Source: Dehalococcoidia bacterium (lineage in GTDB: Bacteria > Chloroflexota > Dehalococcoidia > Plut-88900). Taken from it: DNA of 64,000 bases. Below, one piece after another: positions 38,845 to 49,704 of the stretch. A model generated the notes under the pieces. That model was not told where the DNA came from. It did no database searches and worked only from the letters and a program-made list of their open reading frames with translations. A program made the translations under genes and the position numbers. The stretch spans positions 1,792,001-1,856,000 of the forward strand of contig OZ240219.1 of assembly GCA_965197645.1 (NCBI GenBank), read 5' to 3'. How positions within the stretch are numbered: the stretch's first letter is position 1; each line of letters begins with the position of its first letter.

Positions 38845-40749
38845 ATGGTCAACCAGGGACAAATAGAACATCTATTGAAACAGACGGGGGAGATACCGCC
38901 ACCACAGAGCCTTGCGGACAACGCCAACTTGCAGGACTATCAGACCGTCTACGACGAATCGATCGACGACCCCGAGGGGTTCTGGGCGCGAGAAGCGTCG
39001 GAGCTGGACTGGTTCAAACCATGGTCCAAGGTGTTCCAGTGGGACTATCCCGGGTTCAAATGGTTCCTGGATGGGACCTGTAACATCACCTACAACTGCC
39101 TGGACAGGCATCTTTCCGACGGTCGAAAGAACAAAGCGGCCTTCATCTGGCTCGGCGAGAACGGTGAAGAGAGGGTGTTCACCTATGGACGGCTGGCCCA
39201 ACTGGTCAACCGGTTTGCCAACGGTCTAAAGAGCCTCGGCGTGGGCAAGGGCGATCGGGTGGTCATCTATATGCCGCTCACCCCTGAGGGCGCCATAGCC
39301 ATGTTGGCCTGCGCGCGGATAGGCGCCGTGCACAGCGTGGTCTATGCCGGGCTCAGCGTAGGCTCGTTGCGGGATCGGATACTGGACGCCCAGGCCAAGG
39401 TGCTGATCACGGCCGATTCGGGATACCGAAGAGGCAAGAGAGTCGATCTCAAGGGCATCGCCGACGAGGCCGTGGAGCTGCTCGACATACTGGAGCACGT
39501 GGTGGTGTGGCGACGGGAAGAAGAGAAGCCGGCCCTGCGTGACAAAGAGGTGGACTTCGATCAGCTGACCTCGGAAGGGAGCATGTACTGCGAGGCCGAG
39601 GAGATGGACTCGGAAGACCCGTTGTACATTCTGTACACCAGCGGCACTACGGGCAAGCCCAAGGGGGTCCTCCACGTTCACGGCGGCTACATGGTGGGCA
39701 CTTATTACCACTTCAAGACCTTTTGGGACAACAAAGAGGACGATGTCTACTGGTGCACGTCGGACATCGGCTGGGTGGTCGGTCACAGCTACATCGTCTA
39801 TGGGCCTCTGATCGCCGGCGGCACGACCGTGTTTCGAGAAGGAGCCCCAGACTTTCCCGACCCCGGCATCGTCTACGAGGTGATCGAAAAATACGGGGTC
39901 AACGTGATGTTCACGGCACCGACGGTGATAAGGATGCTGATGGGCAACGGCGAGTCCTACGCCAAAAAGCACGATCTGCGATCTCTAAGGCTGCTTACCT
40001 GCGCCGGCGAGCCGTTGAACCCGGAGGCCTTACGCTGGGCCCACGAGCACCTATGCGGCAGCGGCGAGTGGGGGTTCATAACCGACAACTGGTGGCAAAC
40101 GGAGACCGGTGGACCCTGCCTGGGCACCCTGCCGAACATGACCGCAAAGCCTGGCCGGGTGGGGAAGGCGTTGCCCGGTGCGCTGATGGATATAGTAGAC
40201 CGGGAAGGCGAGCCCATAACCGAGCCAGACGTAGGTGGTCTGCTGGTGATAAAACGCCCCTTCCCCCACTTCTTCCGCACGGTGTACGGCGATGAGGAGC
40301 GATACAACAAGGACTGGGGCACTATTCCAGAATCCTACCTGACTGGTGATGTCGCACTGCGGGACTCGGAAGGATACTACATGGTCGTCGGCAGGGCTGA
40401 TGACGTTCTGAACGTGGCAGGACACAGGATAGGGTCCGCTGAAGTGGAGAGCGCCCTGGTGTCCCACGATCTGGTGGCCGAGGCGGCTGTCATAGGCAAG
40501 CCCGACCCCCTCAAAGGGGAGGCGATCAAGGGGTTCGTCACGCTGCGTTCAGGCGCCACCCCATCCGAGGAGATGAAGAAAGCCCTGAAAAGTCACGTTC
40601 GAAGGGAGCTGGGCCCTATAGCTACGCCGGCTGAGATAGAGTTCACGCCCAGCCTGCCGAAGACCCGCTCCGGCAAGATAATGAGGCGATTGCTCAAGGC
40701 GCTGGAGCTTGGTTTGGACCCGGGTGATATCACCACCCTAGAGGAGTAG
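38845..40749 (+). CDS. acs: Acetyl-CoA synthetase (acetate--CoA ligase)
   Basis: [50 protein letters not shown]. Confidence 0.93.
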   Translation: MVNQGQIEHLLKQTGEIPPPQSLADNANLQDYQTVYDESIDDPEGFWAREASELDWFKPWSKVFQWDYPGFKWFLDGTCNITYNCLDRHLSDGRKNKAAFIWLGENGEERVFTYGRLAQLVNRFANGLKSLGVGKGDRVVIYMPLTPEGAIAMLACARIGAVHSVVYAGLSVGSLRDRILDAQAKVLITADSGYRRGKRVDLKGIADEAVELLDILEHVVVWRREEEKPALRDKEVDFDQLTSEGSMYCEAEEMDSEDPLYILYTSGTTGKPKGVLHVHGGYMVGTYYHFKTFWDNKEDDVYWCTSDIGWVVGHSYIVYGPLIAGGTTVFREGAPDFPDPGIVYEVIEKYGVNVMFTAPTVIRMLMGNGESYAKKHDLRSLRLLTCAGEPLNPEALRWAHEHLCGSGEWGFITDNWWQTETGGPCLGTLPNMTAKPGRVGKALPGALMDIVDREGEPITEPDVGGLLVIKRPFPHFFRTVYGDEERYNKDWGTIPESYLTGDVALRDSEGYYMVVGRADDVLNVAGHRIGSAEVESALVSHDLVAEAAVIGKPDPLKGEAIKGFVTLRSGATPSEEMKKALKSHVRRELGPIATPAEIEFTPSLPKTRSGKIMRRLLKALELGLDPGDITTLEE

Positions 40750-40755
40750 GTGGGT

Positions 40756-40917
40756 GCTGAATAACCCTTTTCGACCATCCCCCTGGCCCCCTTCCTGGCC
40801 AGGAAGGGGGGAAAGAACAAATAATTTCTGAGGGAAACCCTCAGACTCCCGGCCTCCCGGCAGGCAGTCTCAGAAGAATTTGCTCTGCCTCTATGCACGC
40901 CCCATGGGTTCATCAGC
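40756..40917 (+). repeat. Dispersed palindromic intergenic repeat (MITE-like), copy 2
   Basis: Same core as 25731-25878; imperfect TIR GCTGAATAACCC / GGGTTCATCAGC. Confidence 0.8.
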
Positions 40918-40933
40918 TAAGGTGGCCTTGGAG

Positions 40934-42274
40934 CTAGCCTCCCAGCAAGGCGGTAAGCTCTCGGATGCTGTCCAGGTTGGTCAGGTCCTCGGTCGTGGCT
41001 ATGATGTCGTCGGCGGTAGCAGCGCCCAGAATGTCGGCTGTTAGGAAACGGAACTTCTCCAGGAGCTGGGACCTGGGCGCTCGGTTACCGTAGTCGCCGA
41101 ACACTATATCTACCTCGGTCTTTAGCGTGCTTCCGTCCTTCAACCTGATCGACATCCGGCCCGAAGGCCCGTCGTCTCCATCTCTTGCTTCCTCGTCCGG
41201 CCTAGCGTGAATCTTGGAAAAGAGCTCCCGGACCGAATAGTCTTCCAGGGACCGGGGATAGAAGGTGGTTACGTCGGCGTGACCATGTACCAGGGCGGCA
41301 GCGACGGCGTAGGGCACGCTGAACTTGGCGGCCAGCATGTTCCGAGGGTACTCGCCGACCATTCCGGCCAGATAGTCTTGGGTTGCGACGTCTATGCTGG
41401 AGATGTCGTCGATGGAGAAGCCGTGCTGCTCCTTGACCCGTAAAGCGGCGTCGATTGCCGGATGGTTGAGGCGGCAGCAAGCGTGAAACTTGACGTAGTT
41501 CTGCTCTATGCGGTACTCGTTGCCCAGGTTGGCGGTAACTACCTCAGGGTCGAAGGAATCACCAAGGATGATGCCGAACATATCCGACGGGCCATCATGG
41601 ATGCCGGTGAAGCCGCACTCGTACATATCGATGGCCAGTATCCCCATCAAGCCCGACCGGCCGGGGTAGGCGTTGCGAATGGTGGCCCCTTCGTAGCAGG
41701 GGGTCCAGGAGTTGGCCGGGCTCATGCCCGCAGCGACGTTGATGAGATCGCGGATTTGGCCGGCGTCGTAGCCCTTCAGTTTGGCCACTGCGGATGCGGT
41801 TCCGATGACTCCCCAGTGACCGTGGGAGTGGACGTTGAATCGAGGCTTGGTAGCGGCGCCGAGCCTGGCCTCGACGTCGTAGCCCAGGACCAGGGCTTCC
41901 AGGAGCTGCCTGCCGCCGATGTTCATCTCTTCACCGATGGCGAGGATGCCCGGAAGGACGTGGATGCTGGGGTGTCCGGCGGCGAAGCGATTGCCTTCGT
42001 CCATCTCCAGGGCGATGCCAGCCGTGGCATTGACCAAGGTTGCGTACATCGGGTCGGCCCTGAGAGGATGGCCCAGGATTGTGGAGCTGAGGGATTTCGA
42101 TCTGGCATTAGCTACCTGGGCCAGCTTGGCGTTCTCGGGCAGCCGGCTGCCGGCAACTATGGCTCCCAGAGTGTCCAGGACGACATCCTGGGCATAGGTG
42201 GGGGTGCTTTCCGGCAGGTCCTCAAACGAGGTGGCGGCCACAAATTCGGAAAGCTGGTCGAGATAGTCTCCCAT
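40934..42274 (-). CDS. MmgE/PrpD family protein
   Basis: DTLGAIVAG, ALEMDEG, GHPS, KFHACCRLNH, AKFSVPY. Confidence 0.92.
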   Translation of the reverse strand: MGDYLDQLSEFVAATSFEDLPESTPTYAQDVVLDTLGAIVAGSRLPENAKLAQVANARSKSLSSTILGHPLRADPMYATLVNATAGIALEMDEGNRFAAGHPSIHVLPGILAIGEEMNIGGRQLLEALVLGYDVEARLGAATKPRFNVHSHGHWGVIGTASAVAKLKGYDAGQIRDLINVAAGMSPANSWTPCYEGATIRNAYPGRSGLMGILAIDMYECGFTGIHDGPSDMFGIILGDSFDPEVVTANLGNEYRIEQNYVKFHACCRLNHPAIDAALRVKEQHGFSIDDISSIDVATQDYLAGMVGEYPRNMLAAKFSVPYAVAAALVHGHADVTTFYPRSLEDYSVRELFSKIHARPDEEARDGDDGPSGRMSIRLKDGSTLKTEVDIVFGDYGNRAPRSQLLEKFRFLTADILGAATADDIIATTEDLTNLDSIRELTALLGG

Positions 42275-42341
42275 TTCTCACCTCCCGCTAGGGTCGCAAC
42301 GTAAGCGTAATACCGACGTAGCCGCGAAACCTGTTCGGCGT

Positions 42342-42920
42342 CTAGGGCTGACGACCGGCCAGGCCGAGAAGCTGGTCCTGGATGCCGGCGTTGGATGGCA
42401 CCTGAACCTCAGGCCCGAAGGCCCCCATATCTCGGGCCTGAGCCACGTCCTGCTGTATCGAGTTGTAAACCGCTTGGGCAAGTCCGGCGTCTATCGAGGT
42501 ATCCTGGTTGGTAGCTTTGCCCAAGTCCCATTTATGTATGACCACATCGCCGAACACGCGTAGGAGAAGGTCAGCGGCAGTCATCTCTCCCATCGGGGTC
42601 TGGAAGGCCTTGTCCGTGGCGCCTTGAGCCCGGACTGCTTGCAGCACAATCTTGGTGGCGGAATCGAACGCCTCACCGGCTCCTTCTGACGGTAGGTCAC
42701 CTTCTACCCGCATCACCTCCATCGGATCGCCCGCGGTGTCTCCGGTAACCAGGGCGGCGGTGAACTGGGCTACCTTCAGATTGTGAATGACCAGGTTCTT
42801 TACCGACCACTCGCTGCACGGTGTCGGGTCTTCCATTTGGCCTGGCGTGACGTTTCCTATGATGGGCAACATCTTCTGGACGGCGGCTTCGTAGAGCTCT
42901 ACCGGGTTTGGCTGTGCCAT
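42342..42920 (-). CDS. TIGR03086 / MDMPI (DinB-fold) metal-binding protein
   Basis: PTPCSEWSVKNLVIH, DVVIHKWDL, LLGLAGRQP. Confidence 0.85.
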   Translation of the reverse strand: MAQPNPVELYEAAVQKMLPIIGNVTPGQMEDPTPCSEWSVKNLVIHNLKVAQFTAALVTGDTAGDPMEVMRVEGDLPSEGAGEAFDSATKIVLQAVRAQGATDKAFQTPMGEMTAADLLLRVFGDVVIHKWDLGKATNQDTSIDAGLAQAVYNSIQQDVAQARDMGAFGPEVQVPSNAGIQDQLLGLAGRQP

Positions 42921-43022
42921 AGGGACTCCTTCTGACTAGCTATTGGAAACGGTTGAGTATCCCACTTGGTTTGGCGAAGAAGAGAGCGAGTATTCCGGTG
43001 AACTCAACATAGTAAGACGCTA

Positions 43023-43556
43023 CTAGCTAGTCTCGAAGGAAGCGGAACCGAAGATCAGCTTGAGCAGGATGTGCCCGGACACGGCAGCGACAACCGCGGC
43101 GTAACGGTACCGCAGCCCCGGGGCCGAACGGGTGCAGAGGAAGTAGGCGCCTTTGAAGAAGAAGTGGACCAGCACGTAGGCGATGAACCAGATGAACAAC
43201 GTGTGAGGTACCGACCATATTCCGTGATAGTTGCCCGATACCAGCAGGCTGTAATGGGTGGCGGCAAGGACGAAGAGAGTGGCGACTACAAGAGATGAGT
43301 AGGTCAGGATTTTGGCGTGGGCCGGAGGAGGAGGCGTCCAGGACTTCCTGTAACAGCTTGCAATCAGCCCGCCGGCCAGGGGTAGGAGGACCAGATCACC
43401 GATCATGAAGCCGGGGCTTCTGAGGAGGGTGTCGGTGATGGCGTCAACTCGCCAAGCGATTAACAGCAGGGATCCCCACCCGGTTACCAGGACCACGACT
43501 GCCACCAGAGTGGGCGGCCGCGTAAGCAGGGGCCTCAGGAGGTCATTCTGGGCCAT
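43023..43556 (-). CDS. Hypothetical membrane protein
   Basis: About five hydrophobic segments; co-oriented within the gene run. Confidence 0.6.
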   Translation of the reverse strand: MAQNDLLRPLLTRPPTLVAVVVLVTGWGSLLLIAWRVDAITDTLLRSPGFMIGDLVLLPLAGGLIASCYRKSWTPPPPAHAKILTYSSLVVATLFVLAATHYSLLVSGNYHGIWSVPHTLFIWFIAYVLVHFFFKGAYFLCTRSAPGLRYRYAAVVAAVSGHILLKLIFGSASFETS

Positions 43557-43576
43557 CTCACCGCCGTTACAGGGCG

Positions 43577-46500
43577 TTACTGACTGATGGGCCCGGGGGA
43601 TTGGGGCACGATAGCCGGGAGATCGAGCTCCTTGACCAGCTCGTTGAAAGCCGGAACGTCGTCGTCCACGACGTTGGTCAGCAGACCCAGCTGGGCGTCT
43701 ATGCGTCCCGATACATCAGTGAAGACCTCGTAGGTCTGCTTGGGCGGAGCGAAATCGGCGCTGGCAACCACTTTTGGCAGCTCGGCGAGGATGTTGTTCA
43801 GTCTCACCGGCAGATCGAGGCGGTCCCGGGCGCCCCGGTAGTCGACTTGGATGAGCCGGTCTTCGATGGCGGCGAGCTTCTCCAATATGGGCACCGCGGC
43901 ATCGGATACGGCGTCAGAGGACGGGCCGCCCTGGGCTCGCTGGACCCACTGGTTGACCTGCTCCCTGACGCTGCGCAGCTTGTTGACGCCATCGTGGGTC
44001 TCCGAGAGTTTGTCACGGATCCGGATGAGCAGATCGAACTGGGCCTGCAGATCGTCCTGAGGGGTCGAGACCCTGGGGTCTTTGAGGATCTCGAAGGACT
44101 CGGTGCTAGAAACGCCGTCGACAGTTAAACGCACCTGGTAGGCGCCGGGAGGGGCCAAGGGGCCGAACTTGACCTCGTCTTCCGTGGACTTGTCATCGGG
44201 TACCTTGCGAGGGGGAGGATAGCGCATGTCCCAGACGAAACGGTTCATGCCGGCATCGGAGGGCGCCTTGAGGGTCTCATCGTCGGACTGGCTGGAAAAG
44301 GTCCTGATCACCTGTCCGCCGGCCTCGGTGAACTCCAATCGAATCTCATTCTCCGGCTTCCGCTCGAGATAGTAGTTGACCAGAGCACCTGAGGGAGCAT
44401 TCTTTCCCGCATCGAGAAAGACCACTTCGGACGAGCCGCCCGGTTTCTTGGCCTCGTAGAAGGCCAGTGGTGTGCCGAAGGCGATTCCGTAGTTCTTGCC
44501 GGGCCCAGCGGCCCCGTTCTCGTAAGATGCGGCTCTCATGCGGTGGGCGGGCCGGGGTGTCAGGAGGTTAAACCCGGAACCGTCAGAGCCCTCAGCGACC
44601 TGATGGAGGAGGGTGAGGTCGTCCAGGACCCAGAAGGAGCGGCCGTGGGTGGAGGCGACGAGATCAGTGCCTTTGACCACCAGATCGTAGATGGGCACTT
44701 TGGGCAGGTTGGTCTGCAGGGGTTGCCAGGCGCCGCCATCGTCGAAGGAGACGTACACCCCTGTCTCGGTGCCGGCGTACAGCAGGCCCTTTCGGGACGG
44801 GTCTTCACGGACTACCCTGGTGAAATCATCGGTGGGGATGCCGCCGACAATCTGCGTCCAGGACCGGCCGTAGTCGGTAGTCCGGTAGAGCATGGGCCGG
44901 GTATCGTCCAGCTTGTATCGAGTGGCAGCCACGTAAGCGGTGGCGGGATCGTGGGGAGACTGCTCGATCATGCAGACCAGGCTCCACTCCGGTAGGCTTT
45001 CAGGGGTGACGTTGTCCCAGGTATCGCCGCCGTCCCTGGAGATGTGGACGAGACCATCATCGGAGCCGGTCCAGAGAACCCCTTCTTCGTGGGGCGACTC
45101 CACTAAGGCGAAAATGGTGCAATAGACCTCGGCGCCTGAGGAGTCCTTGGTGATAGGGCCACCCGAAGGCTCCAGCTTCGACGGATCGTTGCGGGTGAGA
45201 TCGGGGCTTATGGCCTCCCAGCTGCCGCCCTGGTCTGTGGAACGGAACAGCTGGTTGCCGGCGGCGTAGAGCACGTCGGGATCGTGGGGTGAGAACTGGA
45301 TGGGATAGGTCCACTGGAACCGGTACTTCATCGCTTTGGCGCCCATGCCGGTGGTCAGCTCTGGCCAGACGGTGATGATTCGGATCTGGCCCGTGGCCCG
45401 GTCGTAGCGGAGGAAGTTGCCGCCACCACCCGGAGAGCTGCCGATAGCGCCGGAAAAGACTAGATTGGGGTCCTGGGGGTGGACGGCTATGTGCCCGCTC
45501 TCCGAGCCGCCCACGGTGTAGCAATCGTCCCACGGGATAGCGCCCTTGGCGCTCCAGGAGGGCACGCTGATGGCGGAGTTGTCCTGCTGCGTCCCGTAAA
45601 CCCTATAGGGAAACTGGTCATCGGTGGTGACGTGATAGAACTGGGAGGTCATCTGGTTGTAGATCGTGGACCAGGACTCGCCGGCGTTGAAGGAGATGCA
45701 GGCGCCTCCGTCGTTCCCCTCTATCATGCGCTGCGGGTCGTTGGGGTCTATCCACAGATCGTGGTTGTCGCCGTGGGGAGTGGTGACTTCGGTGAAGGTG
45801 GCACCCCCATCAACGGACTTCCATGCCTTGTAGTTGAGGACCCAAACCGTGTTGGCATCCTGGGGATCGGCGAAGATGTGCTGGTAGTACCAGGGGCGGC
45901 CCTGAATGTCCCGGTTATCGGTGATCAGGCCCCAGGTAGCGCCACCGTCGTCGGAGCGATACAGGCCGAACTCCTTGGCCTCGATCGTGGCGTATATCCT
46001 CTCGGGTCTGGAAGGAGAAACGGCGATGCCGATGCGGCCCATGGGCCCGCTTGGCAGGCCGGGGTTGCCGCTAATGTCAGTCCACGTGTCGCCGCCATCG
46101 GTGGAGTGGAAAATGCCGCTTTCCGGGCCGCCGCTGATCAGGCTGTGGGGCGTCCGTTGGACCTGCCAGAGGCTGGCGAACAGCCTGCGAGGGTTGGTCG
46201 GGTCCATGGACAGATCGATGGCGCCGGTCTTCTCGCTGCGGAACAGGACTCGCTCCCAGGCCCGGCCGCCGTCCCGGGACCTGAAGACTCCCCGCTCCTC
46301 GTTGGGGCCGTATGCATGGCCCAGTGCGGCGACGTAGACCGTGTCCGGGTCCGAAGGATGGATGCGAATGCGGGCGATGTGACGGGTGTCGGACAGGCCG
46401 ACATTGCTCCAGCTCTTGCCCTTGTCCGTGGACCTGTAGACTCCGTCTCCGTGGGAGACGTTGCCGCGGATGCAGGACTCTCCGGTGCCGGCGTAGACCA

Positions 46501-46750
46501 CGTTGGTATCGGAGTCGGAGACGGCGATAGCGCCGACGGCCGCGGTGTTGAAGTAGCCGTCGGAAACGTTCTCCCAGTAGGTCCCGCCATCGTTCGTCTT
46601 CCACACTCCACCGGCGCAAGCGCCGAAGTAGAAAACGGGGGCGTCGACCGGGTCACCGGCCACGGCCACGACCCGTCCGCCTCGCGGTGGACCTATGCAA
46701 CGCCATTCCACGGTTTGAAGAAGGGAAGGGTCTACGGTCACGCCTACCAC
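43577..46750 (-). CDS. BNR/Asp-box (VPS10/sortilin-like) repeat glycosyl hydrolase-like protein
   Basis: WRCIGPPRGGRV, many S.DGG.TW Asp-boxes, HGDNHDLWIDP, QDN, THGRSFW. Confidence 0.9.
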   Translation of the reverse strand: MVGVTVDPSLLQTVEWRCIGPPRGGRVVAVAGDPVDAPVFYFGACAGGVWKTNDGGTYWENVSDGYFNTAAVGAIAVSDSDTNVVYAGTGESCIRGNVSHGDGVYRSTDKGKSWSNVGLSDTRHIARIRIHPSDPDTVYVAALGHAYGPNEERGVFRSRDGGRAWERVLFRSEKTGAIDLSMDPTNPRRLFASLWQVQRTPHSLISGGPESGIFHSTDGGDTWTDISGNPGLPSGPMGRIGIAVSPSRPERIYATIEAKEFGLYRSDDGGATWGLITDNRDIQGRPWYYQHIFADPQDANTVWVLNYKAWKSVDGGATFTEVTTPHGDNHDLWIDPNDPQRMIEGNDGGACISFNAGESWSTIYNQMTSQFYHVTTDDQFPYRVYGTQQDNSAISVPSWSAKGAIPWDDCYTVGGSESGHIAVHPQDPNLVFSGAIGSSPGGGGNFLRYDRATGQIRIITVWPELTTGMGAKAMKYRFQWTYPIQFSPHDPDVLYAAGNQLFRSTDQGGSWEAISPDLTRNDPSKLEPSGGPITKDSSGAEVYCTIFALVESPHEEGVLWTGSDDGLVHISRDGGDTWDNVTPESLPEWSLVCMIEQSPHDPATAYVAATRYKLDDTRPMLYRTTDYGRSWTQIVGGIPTDDFTRVVREDPSRKGLLYAGTETGVYVSFDDGGAWQPLQTNLPKVPIYDLVVKGTDLVASTHGRSFWVLDDLTLLHQVAEGSDGSGFNLLTPRPAHRMRAASYENGAAGPGKNYGIAFGTPLAFYEAKKPGGSSEVVFLDAGKNAPSGALVNYYLERKPENEIRLEFTEAGGQVIRTFSSQSDDETLKAPSDAGMNRFVWDMRYPPPRKVPDDKSTEDEVKFGPLAPPGAYQVRLTVDGVSSTESFEILKDPRVSTPQDDLQAQFDLLIRIRDKLSETHDGVNKLRSVREQVNQWVQRAQGGPSSDAVSDAAVPILEKLAAIEDRLIQVDYRGARDRLDLPVRLNNILAELPKVVASADFAPPKQTYEVFTDVSGRIDAQLGLLTNVVDDDVPAFNELVKELDLPAIVPQSPGPISQ

Positions 46751-46783
46751 CTCCTGTCCGGCTAGTCGGTTATCGATTCGTAG

Positions 46784-47002
46784 TTAGGAGCGGTCGGAAG
46801 AGGGTGGCTGAGACCTGAACCGGCCCCTGACGAAGGAGATGACCGCGTCCACTACGAACCAGGTGCCCAGGAAGGCTATGGCCTCCAGGGTGAAGCTGCC
46901 GAGCTTGTAGAACATCTCGGCGATGATCAGTGAGAGACCGAAGGCCGGGGCCTGTTGCAGGATCAAAGAGCTTAGTGGAAGAGCCCTGATGAGCGAAAAC
47001 AT
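46784..47002 (-). CDS. Small membrane protein
   Basis: 72 aa, RBS GGAGG, IAEMFYKLGSFTLEAIAFLGTW. Confidence 0.65.
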   Translation of the reverse strand: MFSLIRALPLSSLILQQAPAFGLSLIIAEMFYKLGSFTLEAIAFLGTWFVVDAVISFVRGRFRSQPPSSDRS

Positions 47003-47139
47003 GCTAAACCTCCTCCGTGGGCTAAAGCCGGTGGGAACCTACAGATGTTGGTTGGAGAATAACAGGCTACCAAAACGGGGTCAACAGAACGTTCCAGAAG
47101 CACGGACATTCCCAACTGACGACGGCCCGGCTTGCTGAA

Positions 47140-47970
47140 TCAGGCCCGGACTGCCACCAGCTGGACCACCCGTATTCGATCTTCCTCCAGGTTTCGGACC
47201 ATGTTCCCCATCTTCTCTCGAGCGTCCCGGCCCATAACGAGATGAAGGCCCAAAGGGCTGGGGCCCCGCTCACGGGCCCTGGCTAGAAACCGGTGGAACC
47301 AGTCCAGCGACAGCCGCGTGAGGTCGTTCCAGGCATCTATCCGGAAACCGGCGTCACTGATGTCCTGTTGCATCTGAGACTCGGAACTGAGAAAGCTGAT
47401 GGAGGGCTCGCCGGCCCACGGCACAGGGAAATGAGGTGGCCCGCCATCGCCGCTGAGCACTTCGTAGCTGACGAGTCTGCCCCCGGGCCTGGTTACCCTG
47501 TGTATCTCGGCGAAGAGGCCGGGTTTGTCGGGGATGTTCATGGTGGTGTGCTGGGTCCACGCTATGTCGAAGGAGGCCGGCTCGAAGGGCATTTCAGTAG
47601 CGTCTCCGTGACGGTAGTCGACAAGATGGCCGAGACCGGTGCGTTGGGCCAATTCATCCGCGACCTGGCAGTACTCCTCCGTAATGTCGATACCGGTAAC
47701 CCGGCAGCCGAACTTGTGGGCCAGCAGTCGTGATGGGCCGCCGATGCCGCAGCCGATGTCAAGAACGTGCATGTCCGGGGTTGGTCGGACCAGTTCGGCC
47801 AGCTCCAGGGTCGCCTCCCGACCTCGGACGTGAAATTCGTCAACGGGCGCCAGGTCATCGACCGTCAGAGCTTCTATGTCCTTGCCCAACTCTTGAAGGG
47901 CAGAGAGTATAGATCGCCCCAGATTGCGCTGGAAGTAGTGATGCTCGATGGAGCTACCGAGGTTGCTCAT
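47140..47970 (-). CDS. Class I SAM-dependent methyltransferase
   Basis: DEFHVRG, VLDIGCGIGG, GIDIT, PFEPASFD, RPGG. Confidence 0.9.
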   Translation of the reverse strand: MSNLGSSIEHHYFQRNLGRSILSALQELGKDIEALTVDDLAPVDEFHVRGREATLELAELVRPTPDMHVLDIGCGIGGPSRLLAHKFGCRVTGIDITEEYCQVADELAQRTGLGHLVDYRHGDATEMPFEPASFDIAWTQHTTMNIPDKPGLFAEIHRVTRPGGRLVSYEVLSGDGGPPHFPVPWAGEPSISFLSSESQMQQDISDAGFRIDAWNDLTRLSLDWFHRFLARARERGPSPLGLHLVMGRDAREKMGNMVRNLEEDRIRVVQLVAVRA

Positions 47971-48020
47971 TTCTGTCTCTGTTTGGCCTTTGGCGCCGGC
48001 GAGGCAAAAGCCGGGGATGC

Positions 48021-49103
48021 TCAGCTGTGGCGTCCGTACCTGTTCATAGCTTTTTGCAGCTCATCGAGGGGGAGAGCGTGGGCAGTGCGGCCGCGGAAAC
48101 CGGTCATAGTCTCGGCGGAGGTGAGGGCGTTGATGATCGACTCTTCCACCGCTTCGGCAACTCCGTCGAAGACTGGGCTGATGTGCTCCAGGGGAAACAT
48201 CTTCACTTCAAGAGGCTGGGAGCCCTCGGTGACGTGGTTGCCGGTCGAGAAGGCCATGAAGATGTCTCCGCTGCCGTTGTGCCCGGAGCCTCCGGCCCGG
48301 GAGAGGCCGACGGCAGCCCGCTTGGCGAGGCGTTGGCACTGGATGGGAAGCAGAGGAGCATCGGTGGCGACAACGATGATGATGGACCCTCCGCCGGATA
48401 CGGACTCTCCGGGGAGAGGAGTGATCTCGGGACCGATTTCAAGACCGACGGGTACGCCGTCGACACGGAGGTCGGATCGAGCGCCATAGCCGTAGTTGGA
48501 CTGGACGAGGGCGCCGACGGTGAATCGCCCGCTCCTGGTGTCCACCAGCCGGGAGGAGGTGCCGATGCCTCCTTTGAAGTCGTGGCAGAGCATGCCGGTG
48601 CCGCCGCCGACGTTGCCCTCGGCGGGTGTGCCACTGGATGCCGCACCAATGGCCTGGAAGACGTGCTCCTTGGTGAGGTGAAAGGCGTCGATGTCGTTGA
48701 GGAAGCCGTCATAGGTCTCGGCGACGATGGGCAGAAGCCAGGTATCAGCGCGACCGCTTTCGATGGCGTACTCGACGATGCTGTCACGCACCATGCCCAC
48801 CTGATGGGTGTTGGTGATGCCTACTATCGATCCCAGTATTCCCGACTCTTCGATCCAGGGGATCCCTGTCATCTCCCCGTTGCCGTTGAACGAAAAATAT
48901 CCGCAAAAGGCCATATCGTTCCATATCTCGCCGTCCCGGGGAACGATGACGGTTACGCCGGTGCGCGCCACCCGGGGTTCATCGTGTATCAGGGTGGTGT
49001 GACCTACCAGGATGCCGGGTACATCCGTGATGGCGTTGTAGGGGCCGACTGGCATGCGGCCGATGGTCAGTCCAAGGTCTCGTAAGCGGGCACGTGGCAT
49101 CAT
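48021..49103 (-). CDS. P1/DmpA-family aminopeptidase (Ntn-like)
   Basis: NAITDVPG, NGNGEMTG, GNVGGGTGM, GSIIIVVATDAPL (G/S autocleavage site), NGSGD. Confidence 0.92.
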   Translation of the reverse strand: MMPRARLRDLGLTIGRMPVGPYNAITDVPGILVGHTTLIHDEPRVARTGVTVIVPRDGEIWNDMAFCGYFSFNGNGEMTGIPWIEESGILGSIVGITNTHQVGMVRDSIVEYAIESGRADTWLLPIVAETYDGFLNDIDAFHLTKEHVFQAIGAASSGTPAEGNVGGGTGMLCHDFKGGIGTSSRLVDTRSGRFTVGALVQSNYGYGARSDLRVDGVPVGLEIGPEITPLPGESVSGGGSIIIVVATDAPLLPIQCQRLAKRAAVGLSRAGGSGHNGSGDIFMAFSTGNHVTEGSQPLEVKMFPLEHISPVFDGVAEAVEESIINALTSAETMTGFRGRTAHALPLDELQKAMNRYGRHS

Positions 49104-49341
49104 CACCCTCCAATACCGGGAACAAAGAGGCTCACTGTAGTAGTCGACCGGCAGTGTCGCCTTTCCACATTTCACCGAGCTTCGATTCTATAGGGCCGGA
49201 GTCCTGACTACCAGGGACGCGGTCGAACTTACCGGCTACCGCTTCGGCCCAGGACTCCTTCTGGAACTCATGGCAGTCCCTCCTGTAATCATAGCAATTG
49301 CCCCGGTGATGATAGCAACCATTGTGACGGGATGCGCAATG

Positions 49342-49371
49342 TTGACAAGTTATATGCGGGTCTTTTACTAT
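49342..49371 (+). promoter_or_regulatory. Sigma70-like promoter facing no long ORF
   Basis: TTGACA-18bp-TACTAT. Confidence 0.55.
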
Positions 49372-49377
49372 GGGATT

Positions 49378-49640
49378 GCCCTAGGGGTGTCAAGGACAGT
49401 CCCTGAAAGGAGGGCGACGTGAAAAGACTAAACGTCCTGTTCTGTCGCTGGGACTTCGACCTTATAGACCCCACCGGCGGTGATGGAGGATAGCGGGAGT
49501 GATGAAGAGGGTCGCCGGTGGGGAACCCGGCAGTCCATTCCGGCCCTATCCAGATGAGGAGACCGCTTAAAGCGAACCTGCTCCGGTCGTGAATACCGGG
49601 ATAGCAAGGCTGAGAACGGATCAAGAGTTGAGAGATCACA
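49378..49640 (+). ncRNA. Candidate structured ncRNA / small-peptide mRNA (unassigned)
   Basis: Lies between a promoter and a terminator; multiple stems; contains the sORF 49419-49493. Confidence 0.35.
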
Positions 49641-49672
49641 AAAGGGGCCGGGACGAAAGTCCCGGCCCCTTT
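49641..49672. terminator. Bidirectional intrinsic terminator
   Basis: AAAGGGGCCGGGAC-GAAA-GTCCCGGCCCCTTT. Confidence 0.85.
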
Positions 49673-49704
49673 CGCGTGTCTAGCTTATCCGGTCTCGGTT
49701 GGGT

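Noticed and set aside
49380-49615. TPP-riboswitch-like words (TAGGGGTG, GAACCTG..CCGG..AATACCGG, CTGAGA)
   Set aside because: Order and spacing do not fit the TPP consensus (CTGAGA comes after GAACCTG) and there is no downstream co-oriented gene; kept only as an unassigned RNA candidate
49289-49639. 116-aa minus-strand ORF
   Set aside because: No clear RBS or protein-like motifs, and it lies beyond the aceA terminator
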